A stretch of DNA of 32,000 bases from Dickeya dadantii NCPPB 898. Its GTDB lineage: Bacteria; Pseudomonadota; Gammaproteobacteria; Enterobacterales; Enterobacteriaceae. The notes below the pieces were generated by a model that searched no databases, was not told the origin of the DNA, and saw only the letters and a list, made by a program, of their open reading frames with translations. A program made the position numbers and the translations under genes. Positions 11,701 to 20,400 of this stretch are shown one piece after another (position 1 is the stretch's first letter; each line of letters opens with the position of its first letter). The stretch is from the NCBI RefSeq assembly GCF_000406145.1, contig NZ_CM001976.1:1765117-1797116 (forward strand). Reading direction: 5' to 3'.

Positions 11701-13459
11701 TGTGACGACGAATGGGAAGATTGACCGCAAAAAACTGCCGCGTCCAACGGATCTAACGCAGGAGAGCACACAACCAAATCAGTTGTTCAATGATACTGAA
11801 GCGCAGCTGGCATCGTTGTGGTCTGAGTTATTAGGGAAAGTCCCTTGCGTGGGAGATGATTTCTTTGAGTCTGGTGGTCATTCGTTACTGGTAATGCGTC
11901 TGGCAACGCGTATTCAGGAGCGTTTCAACATCGCGCTTTCAGCACGCGATATTTTTTCCCACCCACAGTTTTCCGCCCTTGCCCGTCTGATAAGTTTGCA
12001 GGTTGAAACCGCCAGGCAAACGGTGGTGATGTCGCCAATACGTAAGGCCAATGCCGGACGTGTCGAATTTCCACTTTCTTTCCCCCAGCAGCGGCTCTGG
12101 TTCTTGGATCAATTGAACTTGGGCGGTAGTCAATACAACATGACAGGCGCATGGACATTGCAGGGAAAAGTTGATCCTCATCGTCTGGAGGATGCTTTCA
12201 ATCAGGTCGTAAGTCGACATGCCATCCTGCGTACCCGATTTGTGACTCGTGATGGCATACCTTACCAATATGTGGAAGAAAACAGCGGTATTGAGTTTCG
12301 CTATATTGAAAAATTGAGCGATGAAGACATCCATTCACATATTCAGCAGGAAGTGAGAAGCGGATTTGATCTGGCTCATGGCTCTCTGTTGCGCGTACTA
12401 CTGTTGAATAAGAAGCAGAAAGATGAAGAATATTTATTAGTTGTCAATATGCACCATATTATTTCGGACGGCTGGTCAATGAATATTCTGGTGAATGAAG
12501 TTAGCGCATTTTGGCAACAGGGACACCAGACTAAGCCGGTATTGTCATCATTACCGCTGCCGCTGATTCAATATGGTGATTATGCGCTCTGGCAGCACGA
12601 ATGTGTTGAACAGGGCGATTTCTCTGAGCAACTGGCCTACTGGCAACAACATTTGGGCGGTCATAAAGGTATTTTAGCCTTACCGGCAGATAAACCCCGT
12701 TCTTCCTCCGGTGTGGGGCGAGCGGGAGAAATTCCCCTTCGCCTTAACCGTAACGAATTGAGTCAATTGCAGCAACTGGCTAAGCACCATGATTGTACTC
12801 TCTATATCGTGCTACTGGCGGCTTATGCGGTAGTACTACAACGTTACTCAGGTGACAATGATATTGTCATAGGTACTGCTGTTGCTAACCGACGGCGTCG
12901 GGAGCTTGAAGGGTTGATCGGTTTCTTCGTCAATACGTTGGGGTTGCGCGTTGATCTGTCCGAAGACATGCCGTTATCCAGCTATTTGCAGCAGGTTAAA
13001 AAAGTCGTGCTTGATGGTTTTGCTAACGAAGATGTGCCGTTTGATATGGTACTCGAACGCATCACCCCCCCACGTTTGCCCGGTATTAACCCGTTATTCC
13101 AATCAATGTTTATTTTGCAGACCGCCTCACCAGCAACGGTTTCTCTTGACGGTCTTGACATTACTCCTATGCATTTACCGCTGGAGGAGTCCAAGTTTGA
13201 CTTGTTTCTCAATCTCGAAGAGGTGCAAGGGGAACTTGTGGGCCAGCTCATCTTCAATCGGGACATTTTTCATCCGAACCGCATTCATAAGCAAGCCGAG
13301 TACTTCACTGCTTTATTGGCATCGTGGGTGAAAGAGCCTAACAGAACACTTTCTCAACTGAGTGCGTCTATGCCAACAGCGCGCCAGATAAAACCGGTGC
13401 TTTCACCACAGGATATTCGCGGTCTTCTGGATAAATTGGCCCGAGAAGGGAGCAAATAA
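5696..13459 (+). CDS. NRPS, domain order C-A-T-C-A-T-C (two complete modules plus a trailing C domain)
   Basis: Core motifs: HHIAVDL 6116-6136; A3 YTSGSTGRPKG 7574-7606; T GGHS (Ser codon 8756-8758); HHIISDG 9296-9316; A3 YTSGSTGKPKG 10697-10729; T GGHS (Ser 11882-11884); HHIISDGWS from 12452. By-eye alignment to GrsA numbering gives specificity codes A1 = DVWHVSLVDK (Ser-like; EntF is DVWHFSLVDK) and A2 = DVFYMAGVLK (no code I recognise). Alternative starts are ATG 5708 and ATG 5723. The gene overlaps the 3' end of the exporter. Confidence 0.95.
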   Translation: MVITMSNKSMEPASLSYGQRALWFQHYANNKTPFNHLSFAAKILSGKDPARLYKALNYLFHQYDSLRMKYVEHDGDIFQQVVHDIDLPLVEIDATALDNSELLANIADAADEPYDLSSGILMKAKLYHCLNGELVLFLGFHHIAVDLWSMSHFIKELGKAFACQHPEEPLWQERLNNYIEFINYQSSVMQGSKGEALLNYWRTELGQDIPVLQLPEDKLRPVNKSYHAASIRFELPEKLEEELRTFAKKQGVSLYPVLLAIYNVLLHKYSAQTDIVVGSPCAGRSRAHFRETFGFFVNILVNRQRVEPTMPFRALVAEINQRTAKHLRKQDYPHAALHQKIALQHDRSRSPFYDVEFVYDHPRFIEDIAPFIQGWNGARLELGELVFESLAFEKRWLERDLQLFIAQGRDKLYCTLSYNQDLFFTQTAQRFVRHFINLLSAAIREPDSTIGSLDCLSSQEREQILQQWNQTKRSYPDVGWGHDWLQRQARETPYRTALSFAGHQLTYQQLDQRIDRLAAVLSARGIMAESMVPVFMHRSVDMVTAIHAIMRAGGAYVPIDPDLPVERIKWMLDEVSANLVLTQKALLRQWEATGIEDTVLVVDDDNLPVVPINSVTLTADNAAYMIYTSGSTGRPKGVVNTHGGIRNRILWMQEALQLTSDDRVLQKTPYSFDVSVWEFLWPFLAGAQLVIARPGGHKDAEYLIDLIITEAVTTLHFVPSMLQLFLSNPRCGECTSLKRVVCSGEVLPVELVRQFYRQFSDCTLYNLYGPTEAAVDVSWWQCRPTDDLAIVPIGYPIANTQLYILDENLNPVPIGVAGELYIAGCQLARGYWNQPTLTAERFIANPFAGRAEQRMYKTGDIARYRDNGEIEYLGRSDFQVKIRGFRIELGEIEARLKVHHQIKDAVVMTYGEGDEKFLCAWLVADTELSLIALREYLSKSLPEYMVPSHFSRLNQLPLSPNGKLDRKALPTPEPDNSLYARQQYVAPTDDIESRLVDIFRHLLAVEHVGIEDDFFLLGGHSLKAMTLIGEINKTLHVKLSINDIFANTQVKALAALIRNCSPSEQIVIVPVSDKSSYPASFAQRRLYMIEQLNGVGTSYNMAGALLVEGVLDHTRLEEAFLQLIQQHESLRTSFAMESDVIVQRIHPDVPFSISTDEVIDAQVDDLITRFVRPFDLGHAPLLRVGVARVGDERHILLFDMHHIISDGVSIALLIDDFVRLYAGEQTLPRSIHYKDFSAWQHQWLSSPASSAEEQYWLETFADQAPVLNLMTDYPRPPVLNFDGSSIELSADPVLSGKLRTLARETGATLYMVMLAAYNVMLAKYSGQHDIVVGSPVACRPLAETQNVIGMFVNTLAMRNTPHHDQTFRTFLHSVKQNAVQAFEHQNYPFEQLVEKLDIPRDASRNPLFDTLFALQNTESGRWDIAGLRFTPWPLASVTAKFDLAITAYDADEQIRFNWSYRTCLFKQATIEQMAGHFINILQQVTENVDVRIEDVNLLSATEQHQLLCEFNNTTTDYPDNKLFHTLFEQQAARLPDCPAVVLGNKQLTYRQLNNKANRLAALLRAKGVRANQPVGIMAVRSIELIVGILGIFKSGGVYLPLDPQLPTERIAYMLEDSHSEFLLMVGPGNNAIPFHGNVIDLTAFPEEEIYCHELENSVQPTDLAYIIYTSGSTGKPKGVMIEHRSFVNFLYAMYDGYAGDIGPGDRGLTLSSISFDVTIFELFLPLAFGACLVLYENTDFVEPRELAQTLIEQAITLTYIPPSLLNEVNDELHQSKVPLVLNKLMVAVEPFKAQALDNYLSLNPAMTILNGYGPTESTVLATVFPYQRGTVDGKYVPIGKPLPNIRIMILNGDRLVPVGVVGELCIVGEGLSRGYLNLPDVTAEKFIASPYTSERMYRTGDLARWLPDGNIEFIGRADFQVKMRGYRIELGEIESNLQLLAGIKKVVVLAWKDDFRGMYLAAYLSYKDGQQPYSVETLREHLAQSLPSYMIPLHFMVMVQIPVTTNGKIDRKKLPRPTDLTQESTQPNQLFNDTEAQLASLWSELLGKVPCVGDDFFESGGHSLLVMRLATRIQERFNIALSARDIFSHPQFSALARLISLQVETARQTVVMSPIRKANAGRVEFPLSFPQQRLWFLDQLNLGGSQYNMTGAWTLQGKVDPHRLEDAFNQVVSRHAILRTRFVTRDGIPYQYVEENSGIEFRYIEKLSDEDIHSHIQQEVRSGFDLAHGSLLRVLLLNKKQKDEEYLLVVNMHHIISDGWSMNILVNEVSAFWQQGHQTKPVLSSLPLPLIQYGDYALWQHECVEQGDFSEQLAYWQQHLGGHKGILALPADKPRSSSGVGRAGEIPLRLNRNELSQLQQLAKHHDCTLYIVLLAAYAVVLQRYSGDNDIVIGTAVANRRRRELEGLIGFFVNTLGLRVDLSEDMPLSSYLQQVKKVVLDGFANEDVPFDMVLERITPPRLPGINPLFQSMFILQTASPATVSLDGLDITPMHLPLEESKFDLFLNLEEVQGELVGQLIFNRDIFHPNRIHKQAEYFTALLASWVKEPNRTLSQLSASMPTARQIKPVLSPQDIRGLLDKLAREGSK

Positions 13460-13461
13460 CA

Positions 13462-14439
13462 ATGGATATCAAGTCAGAGCAACAGGCACAAGCCTACCAG
13501 GCCATTATTACGTTTTTAGCCGAAAAATTATCGATAGCGGAATCTGATGTGCCGGACGCACTCATTGAGGAGACGTATGTCGAATTGATGCGTGAACAGG
13601 AGGCGATTTCTGCACCACAGACGATATCTGAGCAGTTCGAATTGCAGGCACTGGCACATCCGAATCACAGGGCTGTGCTATGGGGGCAAGAGGTAGCCAG
13701 CTACCACGAATTGTATGTAGGCATGCAGTATGTCGCCAGCATGTTATGGAAGCAAGGTGTTATACCTGGCACCCAGGTCGGTGTTTATGTGAGCAATCCT
13801 GTCCTGCGTTTATTGACGATTCTGGGAGTGTTAAGAGCGGGGGGCATCGCGGTCATTGCCTCTCCTGACAATGCGGTGGTAACAGCTAAGGCGGTGTTTT
13901 CCCGCAGTAGTGTGTCCTGTGTGCTCTGTGAACCTTCTTCCGTGCAGGTATTTACTGCGAATGTGTATCCTCTTATCACGGTCGAACGACAGCAATATGC
14001 TATGCCGGTTGAGCTTCCGCCTGAAATTGCGGCCAAAGAGGGTGGAGTGATGACTTTTTTATGTGGTCATGAGGTGTTCCTCACCCAGGCTTTGCTGGCA
14101 GACAGGATCTCATCTTGGAAAGCAACGCTGATTCTGCATGAATACGACGTCTACGCTCTGTGGCAGTTTGAGCAAGCAGATAGTTGGCTGGATCACGCAC
14201 TTTGGGTGCTAACCAGCGGAGCGACACTAGCATTACCTGTGCAGATCCCAGGAGAGCAGGTGTCGCCTGATGTACTTGCCGATATTCAGGCCGATGTGGC
14301 TTATTTTGATGCACCACTGCTAGCGTCATTTGCTGGGAGCGGATGGCGGATACCCGATAGACTTCGTGTGATTTTGTCTGGCAGCGAGCCGCTTCATCGT
14401 ACTTCCATCGCCTCATTTTTTTGCCGAACAGACCACTGA
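13462..14439 (+). CDS. N-terminal part of a megasynthetase (docking-like N-terminus plus the front half of a degenerate adenylation domain); separated from the next ORF by a 1-nt frame offset
   Basis: A1-like SYHELYVGMQYVASML and A2-like LRAGGIAVIASP are present. The A3 P-loop (TSGSTGxPKG) is replaced by GGVMTFLCGHEVF. SD GGGAG lies ~9 nt before ATG 13462. The ORF ends TDH* at 14439, just after a T7 run (14416-14422). Confidence 0.7.
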   Translation: MDIKSEQQAQAYQAIITFLAEKLSIAESDVPDALIEETYVELMREQEAISAPQTISEQFELQALAHPNHRAVLWGQEVASYHELYVGMQYVASMLWKQGVIPGTQVGVYVSNPVLRLLTILGVLRAGGIAVIASPDNAVVTAKAVFSRSSVSCVLCEPSSVQVFTANVYPLITVERQQYAMPVELPPEIAAKEGGVMTFLCGHEVFLTQALLADRISSWKATLILHEYDVYALWQFEQADSWLDHALWVLTSGATLALPVQIPGEQVSPDVLADIQADVAYFDAPLLASFAGSGWRIPDRLRVILSGSEPLHRTSIASFFCRTDH

Positions 14440-14473
14440 GTTCTATTTCTGTTTTGCGCCTGCGGGGCTGCCA

Positions 14474-17400
14474 TTGAATCTGATGCCGACGCGAACCAGC
14501 CTCAGACGGGGCCGTTTATCGCTGGGTACGCCGCGAATTGGGCGTGCTGCGTTGCTGGATCCACAGGGGCATGAAGTTGAAGAGGAAATGGTAGGTGAGA
14601 TGCACTTGTGGGACGGTTGTCAGTTAGTCGCTACGGGGTTAAAAGCGGAGTTATCTGCTGAAGGAGAATGGCTCTGGGTTGAAAATCAGGCGAAGAACCT
14701 GATGATTACCGGCCAGCATATCTGCGATACCAACCAAATTATCGCCGCGCTGGTGACCTGCCACGAAGTGGCAGATGCGGTGGTATTAATTACACAAATG
14801 CCGAACGGATGCGCTGAGCCTGTTGCCTATGTTGTGCTTGCTGATGATCGTGCCAGTACAGAAGAGTTGGGCCATAAGTTGTGCTTCGAGATGCCTTACG
14901 GACAACCGATGCTCAATATTATCGCTGTCACCGCTATCCCGTTAAACAATGGCTATGTTGATGACAGTGCTTTATTGAAAATGCCGTTGATTTCGCCAGC
15001 AAGGATCCGTGTTATAGAGGCGCATATCGGTGAGCAAGCTGGAGTTGCGTCTGTGGGCAGCATTGTGGTGCCCCATCAGGATGAAAGTGGGCATTTGGCG
15101 CTGGAGGATGTTTTTCCTAAGGAGACAATTAATTACGCGCAGGCTGTAGTGGGACAGCGTGAGAAATATGGCAATGCGAATACGCAGGTACCAGCCACAA
15201 CTGACATGACTACGGGGAATAAACCGCTTGCTTGGCAGCGTGGTGGTGAACTGGTTATCCCGCAAACATGCCCACGTGATTTGTCAACAGCGCTACAACA
15301 AACCGCTCACCGTTATCCTGATAAAGGGCTGACATTTGTTGATGCCAACGGGACGAACACGTTTCTTAGCTACCCGGATCTGGTATGCAGAGCGAAAAAT
15401 ATTCTTGGTGGCTTGCAACGGTACGGATTTCACCCGGGTGCGCGCGTCATTTTGCAGATCGATAACCTGGCAGATCATTTCTCCGCCTTTTGGGCCTGCA
15501 TGTTAGGGGGGATTATCCCCGCAACGGTAGCGATTGCCCCTTCTTATCAACAAGAAAATGGCGTTGTGGCAAAGGTCTGGCACACTTGGACATTGCTGGA
15601 AAAACCACTCATCCTGACAACGGAACATTTGCAGCCTGAGTTGCAACAGATGTGTGCCCTTTATCCCATGGAGGGGGGGACAATCCTGACAGTTGAGGCT
15701 CTGGAATCGCTACAACAGGCTGGCGAAATCCACAAGGTACAGCCTGGTGATTTGGCATTCTTTCAACTCACATCAGGAAGTACCGGTAAACCCAAATGTA
15801 TTCAGGAGATACATGAAAAGATTATTCGCCATATCAATGCGGGGAAACAGTACAATGGATATGATGCGGACGACATTAGCTTAAATTGGCTGCATCTTGA
15901 TCATGTTGTTCCTATCCTGACATCACATCTGAAAGATGTGTATCTTGGCTGCTCACAGCTTCATGTTGACACTGATTATGTGCTTGACGATCCCTTACGC
16001 TGGTTGGACCTCATAGAAAAACACCGGGTTACTCACAGTTGGTCACCGAACTTTGGTTTCCGGTTAGTCAGCGAAGCACTGAAACCGAACCGTAACCGAC
16101 AATGGAAACTGGATTCACTCCGGTTTCTGATGAATGCAGGAGAACAGGTAACCTTACCCGTTATCAGTGATTTTCTGGATGCAACGCGCCCGTTCGGTGT
16201 CACGGAACAAGTGATGCAACCTGCATTTGGTATGGCGGAAGTGTGTACCTGCATGACGTTCTGCAACAATTTTGATCGTGATATTAATGCGGTACGCGTA
16301 GTGAAAGCTTCCTTGCGCGGCGATCTTGTTTTTACCCGCGAAGTTCACCGTAGTGATGTGCTGACTTTTGTCAGTTCGGGACACATTGTTAACGGTGTGG
16401 AGATGCGTATTGTCAATGAACACAATGTCTGTTTACCTGAAGCCGTGATCGGCCGTTTTCAGATCCGCGGCGGTGTGGTGACACCGGGTTATCTGAATAA
16501 TTCACAGGCGAATACGGAATCGTTTGTTGGTGACGGGTGGTTCAATACCGGTGACCTTGGCTTTATTTTGAATGGTGAGCTTTTTATTACCGGCCGGGAA
16601 AAAGAGCTTATCATCATTTATGGTACGAATTATTACTGCCATGAAATAGAAGAAATAGTCGGCCGTAACAATGGTGTTTTACCAACCTTTACAGCAGCCA
16701 CCAGTATACAGGATGAGGTAATCGGCACTGAGTCGCTGGTTATTTTCTTCGTTTCTGAAACGGATGACGTTGCTCAACAGATGCAGATCATCCAGGCGAT
16801 ACGCACCTCTGTCACTGCAACGATGGGGATTTCTCCACGTGTTGTTTTACCGTTGGAAAAAAGCACCTTTCTGAAAACGACGAGTGGCAAGATCCAGCGA
16901 GACATAATGAGAAATGCCTATCTAAACGGACTGTATGATGAGCAGGTAAAACGGATAGATATGGCATTGGGCAATGATAACACCCTGCCGGATCAGTTCC
17001 TTTGCAGAAAATGGATAACACGTCAGCGCTCCGCTAATGTTGCCCGCTCCGTGAAAATGGCGATAGTTTTCGGTACAGCAGAGGGGGTGGGTGGCAATCT
17101 GGTATCACTTATCCATGCTGAAGGGGGCGTTGCCGTTCTTGTTGAGGCTGGGAGGCGCTTTGAAAAACTCAGCAATCTTCATTATGTGATTGATGCGGGC
17201 AGGGTTGAAGATTTTACTTCTGTATTTTCTGATCTGAGTGAGTCGCCGACACATCTGATTCAGGCATGGCCTTTCGATATTGCTTTGGAGCGAGATACTG
17301 GGGTATATGGCCTGATTCGCCTGTTGAATGCGGTAGATCGCAGTGCAATGTCGTTACGGAGTCTGGCGCTCATTACTCATCATGCCTGGCCAGTTTTAGC

Positions 17401-20400
17401 CTCCGATCGCGCGGTTCCTGAAAACGCCGCGTTTGCCGGTATACTGCAAACACTGGCGTTGGAACGTCCTGATTTGCGCTGTTTTCATGTTGATTTTGAT
17501 ACCGTCGCCACGCCGTCTGTGGTGGCGAAAGCCTTTTGGCAGGAACTTACTGGTGAGGCGTTTGCGCGCGAGGTCGCGTACCGGAATGGTGAACGGAAAG
17601 TTCCGTTGCTGACAGCCATTGATATGCAGCAGGGACAGTTACCATTACCAATAAGAGAGAAGGGGCATTATCTGGTCACCGGGGGAACGGGTGGTATCGG
17701 TTCGCTTGTCACTCAGATGCTAGTCGAGCAGTTTAACGCGAAAGTTCTGGTGGTTTCCCGCTCAGCCAGTGCTTCGGATCCTGGAAGGATGACTCTACGA
17801 CCGGAAAAGAGGGGCAATTTGCTATTTGCCTCAGTAGAGGTTGCCGATACGGAGGCTCTGCAAGCGGCAGTTAGTAAAGCAGAAGCGCACTGGGGCGCTC
17901 TGATAACCGGTGTATTCCATTTTGCTGGTGTGATGGATGAACGGTTGCTCGAAGATGAAACTCCAGAAACGTTAGCAAGGGTTTTTGCCAGCAAGGTGTC
18001 GGGTGCCCAATCGCTACTGGAGATTTTCTCCACGCGTGCCAATTCCTTTCTGGTGCTCTCTTCTTCCGTCAATGGCACCTTTGGCGGCTTTGGGGCAGGG
18101 GCTTATTCTGCCGCCAATGCCTGGCTTGATGCTTTACCGTCAGCGGCAGCGTCTGCCAATATCAGTATTTACTCAGTCGCTTGGTCACAATGGCGAAATA
18201 TTGGTATTAGTCATGGTTCACCATTCAACAAACTTGCGGAAGCAAAAGGTTTTCAGTCTCTCGGTGCAAAACAAGGGCTGGTGTCATTACTGGCAGTGCT
18301 TTGCCGTGAGCCAGGTACAACGCTCGTTGGGCTGAATCCAGCAAAACGTTATGTGGCTAGCCGGGTCAGTAACGTTATGCAGCCGGCTGAACGGCTGCGC
18401 TGTTACTATACGGGTATAGCGCAACCTGCTGCGGTTATGGCTGCATTGCCGCGTAATGATTTGTCTGATGCTTTCGGTGCTATCTCCTGTTTTGATCTCA
18501 ATTGGCTGGAAACGATGCCCATAGACAGTACAGGAACACCTGATAAAGCGTCATTACGGCGGATAGCAGTGAGTAAAGGCGCATTATTGGCGACTTTTCA
18601 GGAGCCAGAATCGCCGACAGAGAAGGCGCTAGCCAGCATTTGGGAAGAGTTGCTCAACACGAATAAAACGAGTGTGCTGGATAATTTTTTTGAACAGGGC
18701 GGACACTCTCTGTTGGCGACACAGTTAATTTCGCGGATTCGACGCTATTTTGGCATCGAAGTGCGGATTGATAGTCTGTTTGCTAATCCAACACTGCGGG
18801 AATTGGCTAGCCAGATTGATGCGGCGCGCACGAGTGTGATTAGCACGGACAGCACGGCTGAATTGCACCGCTACCAGCGTAAACACCTTGTCCCTCTGTC
18901 GTTTGCCCAAGAGCGTCTATGGTTCCTTAATCAATTAAATCCAGGAAATCCATTTTACAATATTCAGCAACTGATTCGTATTACAGGCCACCTTGATGCA
19001 ACTGATGTTGAGATGGCATTTAAAAAACTGGCACAACGTCAGGCGGTATTGCGTACTACCTTTCAGGTTATCGATGACTCGCCGGTACAAGTGGTCAATG
19101 ATATCAACCAGCAAGGTATGTTTGATTTTCAGTATATTACCTACGATGGAGAAAATGGCAGAGTAAAATGGCGGGAGACTGTTGCTCACGAGTCACAATA
19201 CGGATTCGATTTAACGCATGGGCCAGTGTTCAGAGTTCGGTTATTACGCATCACCAGCAATGAGCACTTTCTACTGTTTACTGTGCATCATATTGCAGCG
19301 GATGCCTGGTCTGTTTCCATATTGATCCGTGAATTTATGGCGTATTTTCAGGAAATAGAATTGCCGACATTGCCAATAGAGTACACGGATTTTTCGATCT
19401 GGCAGCGAGAATGGTTGGTAGGTAAGGAGTATGACCAGCAGTTACAGTACTGGATGCAGCATTTAGATGGCTATAGTGGTGTGCTGGAAATTCCATCCGA
19501 CTTTACACGTCCCGGTATGCCGAGTTATCAGGGCGAAAAATTACAATTCAGACTATCGAGCTCACAGCATCAAAAACTTGGTGAACTGAGTCAGCAGTGG
19601 GGGGTAACACCTCACATGATCTTATTTTCGCTGTTTAATGTGCTATTAAAAAAATATTCAGGTGCCGATGATATTGTTGTTGGTATGCCGATAGCTAACC
19701 GGAACCGGGCTGAAGTTGAGCAACTGATTGGTTTCTTTGTTAATACTCTGGCGATCCGCAACAACTTGTCCTCTGATCCGACATTTGAACACTTTGTGGC
19801 TGATGTGAGAACGGGTTTGCTGGAAGCCTACGCCTATCAGGATATGCCATTCGAGAAGTTGGTTAATGAATTGCATCTGGAACGCCAGTTGGATCGACAG
19901 CCATTGTGTCAGGTGATGTTCGTGATGCAGAACGTGCCAGCGCAAGCCATAGATCTAGACGGCTTTGAATTTGAGTTGATGGACTCGCCCCACACAATTG
20001 CCAAATATGACCTGACACTAAGCTTTATCGCGGTGAACGGAGAATATCACGGGGCGCTGGAATACAGTACTGACCTGTTCAGCCATGAATCAATGCAACG
20101 AATGATCAATGTCTGGAGCCTGATGCTGACGAGTGCATTGGATAATCCACTGCAACAGCTCTCGGCGTTGATCGCTCAGCAACATGGTGGGGATATTCCT
20201 GCCTGGCCATTCGCCGCATCCATTTCCTTACCAAGCGTCACGGATGACGACTATATCCGTGCATTGTTGCTGTCGCAATCTGCCATTCAGAGGGTAACAC
20301 CGCTGTCTCCTGTTCAGCGGGATTTATATCTAGATTATCTGCATAACCCTACTAGTGGGCAATATGGGCTGACATACTCTGTTGATCTGGGAACACATAT

